Shown in pieces: positions 29,720 through 38,214 of a DNA stretch of 64,000 bases. The stretch covers positions 76,661 through 140,660 of the forward strand of contig CAZJDA010000005.1 of NCBI GenBank assembly GCA_964544705.1, read 5' to 3'. The notes beneath the pieces were generated by a model, which worked only from the letters and a program-made list of their open reading frames with translations, was not told the DNA's origin and searched no databases. How positions within the stretch are numbered: position 1 is the first letter of the stretch; every line of letters starts with the position of its first letter. The stretch comes from an uncultured Bacteroidales bacterium (GTDB lineage: Bacteria > Bacteroidota > Bacteroidia > Bacteroidales > CAZJDA01). The position numbers and the translations under genes were made by a program.

Positions 29720-32077
29720 TTAAATTTTATTAGAGTTCTTCGAATGGTTTAATAGAAAATCTTTGAGTTTTTCTAATGATACATTATCATGCTTTATCCA
29801 TTCCTTATTTTCATTCAGCTCTTCCAAAAAATCCCTTGTGTTCCATCTAAAAGGTTTCTTATCAGAAGTAAACTCGATATCCCATCCCCAGAAAAAGTCA
29901 ACACCTTCTAATTTTTGCTCACTTACAATGACTTGGTTATCTACCAATTTCGATAAAACACTATTCCGTTTATCCCCAACAACATATTTTTTCCAGTTTG
30001 CATTTGCTCTTGGAGGATACAGGCAATGTTTCCCATGCATCCATTTTAATTGACATCCTCCGACAATAAGTGATAATAGATTTGTACATACAAGTTCCCT
30101 ATGGATTGTTTTATTTTCTTCAATGAATGTTTCATCTGGTCTCGCTTTTATTTTTTGCAAATTCATAAGATTATTGTCCAATAAACAACCTACAGGAACT
30201 AACCATTTTTCCTTGGTTAATATATTTTTCCATGCTGAAGCCTTGTTTTCATAGACAATATCCCAAAACTGACCCCAATTATTGAAATGTGAAATGAGGT
30301 TTCGGAGGAGAATAGCATCTTTTTTATACTCATCTTCAACACCTTGTTTATTAAAAAACATCTTACATTTTTCAAACCTATTATCAAATTTATCCCAATC
30401 ATATTCATTATTACCAGTCCTAAATAAAAAACGAATAGCACCTTTAAAAAAGGCTGTATTTTCTGCTTCTATTATCTTATCTTCCCAAGATTTGCCATCT
30501 GAGTCCTTCCAATGTGAGTTATCCAATATTTGTCTGGCTTTTTCCTTTTCTTCCTCCATTTGCTCTTTTGCAAAGTCTTTTGAAACATCACGGTCTCTAA
30601 GATGATTGAGTATATCATGAGAATTATCCGCCAATTCATTAATTAAGCGCATAGCTCCGATCATTTTTTGAATTGAGTCAATATCAGCATTCTCAACAAT
30701 ATTCCAAACAATCCTTATCCAACGCATCAAACTTTTCTTTTCATAATCACCTTTTTCAAAATAGCAACATATAGCATGGAATACAACTCTTTGTGATTGA
30801 GTTATAGTAGTAGGGAAATATTTTTCTCTATCTTCGTCCTTTTTATATCCAGGGATAAATCTAAAATCGGAATTATCCTCCCAATTCGGAAAAAAAAGTT
30901 CATTTATTTCATCTGTTGATGCCCCATTAAAAACATTATGAAAGCGATCAAGTACTTTTTCCAATTTTTCTAATCCTTCCTTAATTACTGACTTTTCCGA
31001 TTCGTAAAGATCAAATCCATTATATCGAATATTAACATCATTTCCTCTATCCCCGTACAAATACTTGAATAATTTATTGTTTTTTTCAGGATCACTAAGA
31101 AATCTTTGTTCTTCCGCTTTTGCTGTTATCAAAAGATTAAGCCAAAACCGATTAATAAAAGCAAAGTAAGCTTTATCAATTTCAGATTCTTGAGACCTGT
31201 ATTTCCAAAAAATATTAGTCCATGTTGTGTCTAACTTATGTTCGATTGTTTCTACAGGAACTTTATTTTGCTGATCGATATTTTTCTCAGTTTCTCCTAT
31301 ATATCCAACAAGATCAGCCTTAAAATTCTCGAAATTGCTTAATGGCTTTCCCCTGGCATTCATTTTAATATACAGATCATCGGATAAGCTCAAATCCAAT
31401 AAATCAATATAATAAAATATAATCGGACAATAGTCTCCTGTTAATTTTTCCCAATATTTTTTGAAGTCACCTTTCACACAGCCCTCGAATATTTCATCGA
31501 AACCATCTATTATTTCGTTTTCCTTATCATCTTTAATGGAATTACCGCCAAGCATGTTCATCATTGCCTGAATAGTTGGGTCTTGTTTCCAGGATGAAAA
31601 AAACCATGTTTGGTTTTTGATTGTTTGTACTATATTGTCGGTTTCGATTGACTCAAAGTCAGAAAGTTTATTGCAAAATTCTCTTGATGTTGTTCGTGTT
31701 TCATAGGTGAATTTTTTAAAAACCCCCCTATTATTTTGCAACTCCCCTGATTTAAAGGCAATATACCAATATAACAGCCATAGAGTTGTTAAACGCTGTT
31801 GTCCATCGAGCGGATTTAACCGGTTATTTTCAACGCTCCCATAAACAAAATCCAATTTTAAAGGTTTATTATCTTTTTCATCTTTCTTATCTAAGGCTGT
31901 TTTTATATCTGTAAGAAACTTTTCACGTAACTTTTCTTTACCTATTCTTCCCTGGGCATAATCACGTTGTATAATCGGAATTTCAATTTTTCGATGTTCA
32001 TTTATTAAGAAAGCCCAAAATGTTGTTTGTTGAATATTATTGTTTTTCATTATTTTCTTTTTCTGGTAAAAATTCAT
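29720..32077 (-). CDS. DUF262 (ParB/Srx-like NTPase) protein without a recognisable DUF1524 nuclease
   Basis: IPIIQRDYAQG and LDGQQRLTTLWLL lie at the N-terminus. I cannot assign the long C-terminal region. The start may be the internal ATG at 32050. Confidence 0.8.
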   Translation of the reverse strand: MNFYQKKKIMKNNNIQQTTFWAFLINEHRKIEIPIIQRDYAQGRIGKEKLREKFLTDIKTALDKKDEKDNKPLKLDFVYGSVENNRLNPLDGQQRLTTLWLLYWYIAFKSGELQNNRGVFKKFTYETRTTSREFCNKLSDFESIETDNIVQTIKNQTWFFSSWKQDPTIQAMMNMLGGNSIKDDKENEIIDGFDEIFEGCVKGDFKKYWEKLTGDYCPIIFYYIDLLDLSLSDDLYIKMNARGKPLSNFENFKADLVGYIGETEKNIDQQNKVPVETIEHKLDTTWTNIFWKYRSQESEIDKAYFAFINRFWLNLLITAKAEEQRFLSDPEKNNKLFKYLYGDRGNDVNIRYNGFDLYESEKSVIKEGLEKLEKVLDRFHNVFNGASTDEINELFFPNWEDNSDFRFIPGYKKDEDREKYFPTTITQSQRVVFHAICCYFEKGDYEKKSLMRWIRIVWNIVENADIDSIQKMIGAMRLINELADNSHDILNHLRDRDVSKDFAKEQMEEEKEKARQILDNSHWKDSDGKSWEDKIIEAENTAFFKGAIRFLFRTGNNEYDWDKFDNRFEKCKMFFNKQGVEDEYKKDAILLRNLISHFNNWGQFWDIVYENKASAWKNILTKEKWLVPVGCLLDNNLMNLQKIKARPDETFIEENKTIHRELVCTNLLSLIVGGCQLKWMHGKHCLYPPRANANWKKYVVGDKRNSVLSKLVDNQVIVSEQKLEGVDFFWGWDIEFTSDKKPFRWNTRDFLEELNENKEWIKHDNVSLEKLKDFLLNHSKNSNKI

Positions 32078-33941
32078 TTAACACTTTTTTAATATTCTCC
32101 TTGTATGCTTCGGCATCTTCTTGATTCCACTCTCGTAAATTATTTGTGGAAGGATTGTAGTACTTCAAAAATACATTTTTTGTGCATGGGGGAACAAAAG
32201 CAACTTCTCCTTCTTTTTGCTCAATTTGTAGGTACTCATCAACCAAAATTGATTTTCCCTGGTCTTTTCCAATGATGGCTCTGCGTTTTGCAGGGAATAT
32301 TGAATTACCATAACTTTTATTTGTCGAACTATCAAGTAATGTAAAGTTCCAGATTTTGTTTTTATCAGTTTCACTTAGTTTTGAGCTATTATCTCTAGCA
32401 ATTATTTTTTCATGCAATTTTTCAAAAATGTCGTTCTCATTCTTTTCACTATTCGCATCATCATTTAAAAATTCGATTATCTTTTTTTTCAAGTCTTCGT
32501 TCTCCAAGCCTATTGAAGATGCTTTTAACCATTCTTTTTGCTGTTCCTTATTCCCTAAGGAATTTTCGGTGCTCGAATCAACATGCTCAACATCCCATTT
32601 TTCTTTTTTGAAAAGATGAAATGGAAATTTATAGAAAACAGGGAGCTTGTATTTCTCATTTTCTATTAAAGCCTTGCTTTGATTAATGACAGTTTGAATG
32701 TTATGAAGCAAAAGAAGCGTTCGACATTGTGTTTTGGGTTTTCCATTTACATCATATTCTTTATCTAAGTCAGAAAAGGATGACATTTTGTTTTTTATCT
32801 CAGATTTGATGTAATCAATAAAATCATCCTTTCTTTTGCTTTTTTTCCATTCTCCAAGCATATCAGAAATTCTACTTCCTTGTTCAGATAGAAAACCTAC
32901 ATAATGATATAATTCTAAATCATTAAACCATTCGTTAAAAGTCTGAAATAATTCTTTTACTTTTCCCCAAGATGTTGAAATGTCGACTTCCTTTTGCTTT
33001 TTAAACCAAGCATAAAAATATCTAAATGTTTTGTATTCATCATCGCCAACCTCCTTTTGTTCCTCATCATTAAGGTTAAGCATATTGTTTTTACAGATTA
33101 AGTCAAAGATAAAATCTATACGTGTGGGTTTATCATAATTGATTTCATTTAGAAAGAGCCAAAACTCATCATTTTGCAGAGTAAATTCAATATAATCCCA
33201 TTCTCCTGCGATCTCTTGTTGTTGCAATCTTATTTTTTGATAATCAGCATTTTTAAAATTTGATTTATTAAGGAATAGTGCTTTAATAAGTTCTGAATTT
33301 GTAAGGGCTATTTTCCCAATATTTAATCTGGTAAAAACTTTTATGGGATCCTCATCTATTGATTCATACCAAATAAATTTCACATTGCCTAAAAGAATCT
33401 TCAAATAGTTGTTTTTGAACTGATTGCTTTCTCTTCCCTTTTCACTAAACCAGTCTGATATTTGCGAATGAGCTTCATAAATATGATGATAATCAATATT
33501 GTCATCTTTTTTAATTCCCTCAATTTTACTTAGAAACTTTTTACTATCGGGTCTTGTCTCATATTCTATCTCATATTCTTTCTTATTTAGATATACAAGC
33601 AAAATAAAAATAGTAGTTAGTCGCTGTTGTCCATCGATAACTTCCCATCGCGAATATTCGTTAATTATTTTTTCTGTTTTGCTTATCAGATTATTCTTGT
33701 CTGTTGGATCAAGCTTTTTAAGCTCATTGCAATAATGCTCTTCATATATAATGTTTTTCTTAATAACAAGAGGTTGAATGCAATAGAAACCTCCTATTTT
33801 TTTTTCTATAGACTCATTAATATCATCCAATAAATCTTTTACTTGTTGCTTAGTCCAGCGATAACCTCTTTGATATTTAGGAATAAAGAAATTCATTCCT
33901 GATAATTCACTTATTGATTTTAATTCAATCTTATTTCTCAT
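32037..33941 (-). CDS. GmrSD-family type IV restriction enzyme (DUF262 + DUF1524 His-Me finger)
   Basis: N-terminal motifs are IPKYQRGYRW and DGQQRLTT. C-terminal motifs are WDVEHVDS and NFTLLDSSTNKSYGN. Confidence 0.85.
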   Translation of the reverse strand: MRNKIELKSISELSGMNFFIPKYQRGYRWTKQQVKDLLDDINESIEKKIGGFYCIQPLVIKKNIIYEEHYCNELKKLDPTDKNNLISKTEKIINEYSRWEVIDGQQRLTTIFILLVYLNKKEYEIEYETRPDSKKFLSKIEGIKKDDNIDYHHIYEAHSQISDWFSEKGRESNQFKNNYLKILLGNVKFIWYESIDEDPIKVFTRLNIGKIALTNSELIKALFLNKSNFKNADYQKIRLQQQEIAGEWDYIEFTLQNDEFWLFLNEINYDKPTRIDFIFDLICKNNMLNLNDEEQKEVGDDEYKTFRYFYAWFKKQKEVDISTSWGKVKELFQTFNEWFNDLELYHYVGFLSEQGSRISDMLGEWKKSKRKDDFIDYIKSEIKNKMSSFSDLDKEYDVNGKPKTQCRTLLLLHNIQTVINQSKALIENEKYKLPVFYKFPFHLFKKEKWDVEHVDSSTENSLGNKEQQKEWLKASSIGLENEDLKKKIIEFLNDDANSEKNENDIFEKLHEKIIARDNSSKLSETDKNKIWNFTLLDSSTNKSYGNSIFPAKRRAIIGKDQGKSILVDEYLQIEQKEGEVAFVPPCTKNVFLKYYNPSTNNLREWNQEDAEAYKENIKKVLNEFLPEKENNEKQ

Positions 33942-34207
33942 TATATCATTCCCTCTAAATTTAACTTCTAATTTCGCTTTTTTTAGTAATTAATGCCTTA
34001 AATTTATACTAAAAATTTGTAAATATTTTCTTATGACAAATTTAACAATAATTTTAACTCTGGTTGCTTTTTATGACTATTTTAATGATTTTTTTAAAAA
34101 GAATATATTAACATTAGTAAGCCATCTTTTCCAAATTCTATATTTCCCATCCAGCCCATGAAAAACACCCTAAATCAATAAATTGATTTTTTTAAATGAC
34201 TACATCA

Positions 34208-35788
34208 TCAGAATTTATTAATTCCTATCATCTCAACTAAATCTTCCTGTTTAGCCCCATTGGGATAAATCACTTTTGCCAAGCGAACAAGGTTCCTGAT
34301 TTCCCTGCCGTTTAATTCGATTTTTGACACTTCTGAAAAACCATCTTGAATATTAATATTCGCTTTCTCGCATTTATCTTCCCAAATTTTTTCTCTTGTT
34401 TTTTCATCTAAATCAGGATATTTAATTTTTAAGGTAATTCTTGAATGGATAGCAAAATCGAGTACTTCCGGCCTGTTTGACGTTAAAAACATTACACCTC
34501 TAAAATAGTCCATAAGCCGTAAAAACACTCCCACAATGGCCGTTCTGTTTAAGTCACTTTTTTCTCGTTTCGCAAGAAAAACATCGATTTCATCAAACAA
34601 TACAATGGCATTCCATTTTTCAACTCGTCTAAAAATAGTGGTTAGGCTATTTTCTATACTGTTTAAGTCTGTGCCCAGTTCACTAAAATCTACAGCGTAT
34701 AGTGGCATCTGTTGCATTTCAGAATATACTTCGGCAGTAGATGTTTTCCCAATTCCCGGATTACCCGCTGCAAGTATAATCATACCTCCATGTTTATTAT
34801 CTAATACATCGCCAATAAAAGAATCTATTGATGTAGAAAACACGGTTGTTAAAAGTTTTGTAATATTCTTTGGAAGAAAAATTCTTTTATGTGCCTCTGT
34901 ATCATAAACGTAATCAGTTAAATTATTCACATTTGCAAAAAAATACTTTTTTTGTAAAAAGGAAAACACCCGTACTAATGGTAGTGAAGTATAATGATTT
35001 TTATTAACTTCCTGGTTTCTATTTGAATTATCTCTATATTCTAGCTCTGATTCTATTATTATTCTCTCTTTAATTTTATTGTGACCAATTTTAATGAAAA
35101 TACAATCATCATTATAATAATTTCTACCAAGCATCCTTACACCAAATCCACTGTATAGCATTTGCTTTTTTGTATCTCTTATTTTTTTAAGATATGATAA
35201 TGAATCTTTATGTTTTTCGAGATCACACTGTTGCGGACGACAACCAAACTCGGCAAACAGCTCCTTTAATGTTGGTTTTCTCATTTTCCCATCGGCAGCA
35301 AGTAAGTGTTCTTGCTCAATTTTAAAACCAATATTAATATATTCATAACCAAAACTAACTTTGACGTCAACAAAAACAAAAGCCTTCATATATCTTGTAG
35401 CCGGGTTGAATATAGGTATTGCAATTATAGGAAACCATGTTTTATTGAATAAGATATCTGCGTTTACTTTTTTTACACCTATTCTTGAAAAACATTCAAC
35501 AACATCAGCCAATTTTCTGATCTTTGTATCCCATACTTCATTGATTTGCGAAATTTCAATGTTTTCGCCTAAAAGTTCCATGCTTAAAAGCGCTTTTGTT
35601 TTATTCGCAATGTTGTTTGAATTTTTCAAAAAGAATGATAATAACGATACAGAAATAGAATTACTGTCTATGTCAACAAAACGGCTTTCTGCATTTTGGT
35701 AATTACCAATTTCTTGCTGGTCAGAATTACTTAAGTCCAGCTCTTCTTTAGCTTTATTTAAAAGCGCTTTCTTAATTTTAATATTCAT
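34208..35788 (-). CDS. AAA ATPase (classical AAA clade) with uncharacterised ~330-aa N-terminal region
   Basis: Walker A AAGNPGIGKTSTAE, Walker B IVLFDEIDVF, sensor-1/second region of homology FLTSNRPEVLDFAIHSRI, then LKIKYPDLDEKTREKIW. Confidence 0.85.
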   Translation of the reverse strand: MNIKIKKALLNKAKEELDLSNSDQQEIGNYQNAESRFVDIDSNSISVSLLSFFLKNSNNIANKTKALLSMELLGENIEISQINEVWDTKIRKLADVVECFSRIGVKKVNADILFNKTWFPIIAIPIFNPATRYMKAFVFVDVKVSFGYEYINIGFKIEQEHLLAADGKMRKPTLKELFAEFGCRPQQCDLEKHKDSLSYLKKIRDTKKQMLYSGFGVRMLGRNYYNDDCIFIKIGHNKIKERIIIESELEYRDNSNRNQEVNKNHYTSLPLVRVFSFLQKKYFFANVNNLTDYVYDTEAHKRIFLPKNITKLLTTVFSTSIDSFIGDVLDNKHGGMIILAAGNPGIGKTSTAEVYSEMQQMPLYAVDFSELGTDLNSIENSLTTIFRRVEKWNAIVLFDEIDVFLAKREKSDLNRTAIVGVFLRLMDYFRGVMFLTSNRPEVLDFAIHSRITLKIKYPDLDEKTREKIWEDKCEKANINIQDGFSEVSKIELNGREIRNLVRLAKVIYPNGAKQEDLVEMIGINKF

Positions 35789-35791
35789 TTT

Positions 35792-36091
35792 TTATGTTTT
35801 AATTTTTAAACCAATATCTTCGGCAATTGATTTCCAATATCTATTATGATTATTTTCAAGTCCGGCAATTGCATGCGCAATTTCATGTAATATAGTATTT
35901 TGGATTTCATCGATAGGATCTAACAGAGAGTGCTGATAGTTTAATTTTATAGCTTCATCGGTGCAGTAGCCCAGTTTTAAACTATCATTTGAAAATCCAA
36001 AATCTAAATAATCCACATCGAATTTTACCATCAAGTGATTAGCTAAAGCGATTACTTCCAAAATTTTTTCATTTATTACAAATTGTGCCAT
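35792..36091 (-). CDS. SprT-like HExxH zinc metallopeptidase (minimal, 99 aa)
   Basis: FGFSNDSLKLGYC...IKLNYQ...TILHEIAHAI...NHNRYW follows the SprT-like layout. It overlaps the upstream gene by 23 nt and lies 3 nt before the AAA gene. Confidence 0.6.
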   Translation of the reverse strand: MAQFVINEKILEVIALANHLMVKFDVDYLDFGFSNDSLKLGYCTDEAIKLNYQHSLLDPIDEIQNTILHEIAHAIAGLENNHNRYWKSIAEDIGLKIKT

Positions 36092-36659
36092 AAGTTCTAA
36101 ATAATGACTCTAAAAGTATATAAGCTTCTTCATCTACATTTTTATAATATTCCGGAAATGGTATATTTTTATTCCTATCTGTGATTTCATATTTTGCAAC
36201 ATGGCAATTATAATTATCCAGTTGATTTAGTGCATCATTTGCCATATTATTCTTTTTATTGCCTTCAAATGATGCCGGCAAAGTAACTATTATAGAAAAA
36301 TGCTTACCGGTTTCAGACAAAAACTCAGATAAGCGTAAAGAGAATTTGGTTCCTGTATATCCTCCCAAACCGGCTACAAGAATATAATATTCATTTTCAT
36401 TAAATATATCCATTATTTTGCCCGGCACTATCAAAGGAACACTTTTATCTGTCCAGGCTTCCGGGTACCTGGTATTTTTAAAATGCTCATCTAAGGGAGG
36501 CTGAAACTCCATGAGATTTAAACCCATTGGATTTGAAAAGCGTTCCGGCCGAGATACACAAGTGTACCTGCCATGTAATCCTTTCTTAAAAGTATGTTCC
36601 AAAATCATAGAACCTGCCTGGCCTAAACCAATAAAATGAAAATTTTTGAATGACTTCAT
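36069..36659 (-). CDS. FtsZ/tubulin-like GTPase domain protein, C-terminally truncated (196 aa)
   Basis: The motifs fall in FtsZ order and spacing. FIGLGQAGS corresponds to GVGGGGxN. [10 protein letters not shown] corresponds to [20 protein letters not shown] corresponds to KPFxFEGxKR. YEITDRN corresponds to ITIPNDK. The protein ends around helix H7, before the T7 loop. Confidence 0.7.
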   Translation of the reverse strand: [196 protein letters not shown]

Positions 36660-36909
36660 ATCGTAAAAATTAAATGATTTTTGTATAAAATTACTTCAAA
36701 CAGACTTCATTATTAATTGAATCTATCCTATTTTTCACAAATATAAACCCCCAAGGTGTCAAAACATGTCGCAGTAATTTGGAAAAGGATTTTTTCTATT
36801 TTATGATTCCTATTGGCACTTCTCACTTTAGTTACCTATCTGCAATATTTTTTGTATATTTGAATAGAACTTCAATCAATAGTAACAAACGGAATAACTA
36901 CAAAGTAAA

Positions 36910-37053
36910 ATGGATCTATCCAAATCATTGTTTTGGGATACGGATATCAATAAGGTTGATTACGAGAAACACGCCCGTAAGATTATAGAAAGGGTTTTGA
37001 TGCGTGGAACTTTAGACGACTGGTTTGAAATAAAACGCTATCCTATTTTATGA
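36910..37053 (+). CDS. 47-aa ORF translationally coupled (ATGA overlap) to the PLD nuclease gene
   Basis: Manual translation gives MDLSKSLFWDTDINKVDYEKHARKIIERVLMRGTLDDWFEIKRYPIL. Its stop TGA (37051-37053) overlaps the ATG at 37050. It is below the track length cut-off. Confidence 0.35.
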   Translation: MDLSKSLFWDTDINKVDYEKHARKIIERVLMRGTLDDWFEIKRYPIL

Positions 37054-37568
37054 GTACCAAATTCATTACCAACGAACAACTTTATCAACAAGTTATAGAA
37101 CCCATTATTCAGGCTAAAAAGTTCTTATGGATTGGTACGGCAGATATAAAAGACTTGCACGTTAAGCACCAAGGGGCGGTAAGGTCATTTCTTGCTGTAC
37201 TCGATTCATTGATACGGCGGAAGGTAGCTGTCCGGCTTTTGCATGCCAAAGAACCGGGGCCTAATTTCCGCAAGAGTTTTGATAAATATCCCGGCCTATG
37301 GAGTGGGTTGGAGCGCCAGCTTTGCCCCAGGGTGCATTTTAAGATCATCGTGATAGACGGCAAACTGGCATACACAGGCTCTGCTAATTTAACAGGCGCC
37401 GGGTTAGGCATAAAAAGCCCCAACCACCGCAATTTTGAATCCGGCATCGTAACAACCAACCCTCAAATGATTGACGAGATCATGCAACAATTTGACGAAG
37501 TATGGATAGGAAAACACTGCAAAAATTGCAAAAGAAGAAGTTATTGCTTGGATCCTATTGATACATGA
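37050..37568 (+). CDS. Phospholipase D-family (HKD) nuclease, Nuc-like single-domain
   Basis: The HxK(x4)D(x6)GSxN motif appears as HFKIIVIDGKLAYTGSANLT. At 172 aa it has the size of the homodimeric Nuc-type enzymes. The C-terminus has a CKNCKRRSYC cysteine cluster. Confidence 0.8.
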   Translation: MSTKFITNEQLYQQVIEPIIQAKKFLWIGTADIKDLHVKHQGAVRSFLAVLDSLIRRKVAVRLLHAKEPGPNFRKSFDKYPGLWSGLERQLCPRVHFKIIVIDGKLAYTGSANLTGAGLGIKSPNHRNFESGIVTTNPQMIDEIMQQFDEVWIGKHCKNCKRRSYCLDPIDT

Positions 37569-37639
37569 TGAGATGGTTCTTTTGTACCGCAGTCACCCGG
37601 TGAATAGATGATATTCGCAGTGTGATTTTATATCGGGCT

Positions 37640-37720
37640 TGTTGAGTTTGAAAGTTTGTAAAGTTTTTAAAGTTTGAAAATGTTGGTTTAGCTTGCTTTT
37701 TCTTTAACGTTTTACTGCCA
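37640..37720 (-). repeat. Inverted partial copy of the R2 tail / R1 head module
   Basis: The reverse complement matches ACAGTAAAA.GTT...AAGAAAAAGCAAGCTA.ACCAACA.TTTCAAACTTTA.AAACTTTACAAACTTTCAAACTC seen at about 8240-8340. Confidence 0.7.
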
Positions 37721-38214
37721 GAAGTTAATAAAGTTCACGAAAAGCGCGTCATTTCGAACCTGCGGAGCAAAAGGCATGCAGGGATTAGGCAAGGAGAAAC
37801 CTGCTTGCCCAGTGCAGCGCAGCAAACAAAATCTTATAACCCACGGTGGCTGAAATCTTTTGGTTAAGTGCAGTGGAGCGAATAAAATTTTTCAGCCACT
37901 AAGACCCAAAGGCTCTAAGATTCTCTAAGTATACATATTGCAGTGCATTCAGCAATATTCCTCAAAGACCATCCTCCGCTGGCCCTTTGATTCCCTGCTG
38001 TGCTTCGCTAAAGCTACGCGACAGCGAAGAAGGGAGGCCAGCGCACCGCCATTAAAATTTTCTTAAAGCCTTCCAGGCTTTTGGGCTTGCCTGTTTTCCT
38101 AGCCCAGGGCGTTGCCCTGAACTTTGATGCCAGAGCCTTACCGGCTTTTTGGGTTTTGTTTCCTTTAGCGAAAATTTTTGAGTGCACTGCATTTTATACC
38201 TATCAATATGGGCA

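Noticed and set aside
36779-36988. Track ORF of 69 aa (+) upstream of the PLD gene.
   Set aside because: It has a hydrophobic, low-complexity translation. It is in a different frame from, and overlaps, the 47-aa ORF that is stop-start coupled to the nuclease gene. The coupled ORF is the more plausible of the two, though itself uncertain.
37741-37770. Minus-strand GGTTCGAAAT resembling a tRNA T-loop.
   Set aside because: The flanking bases cannot form a T-stem, acceptor stem or anticodon arm. It is part of the GC-rich repeat spacer.
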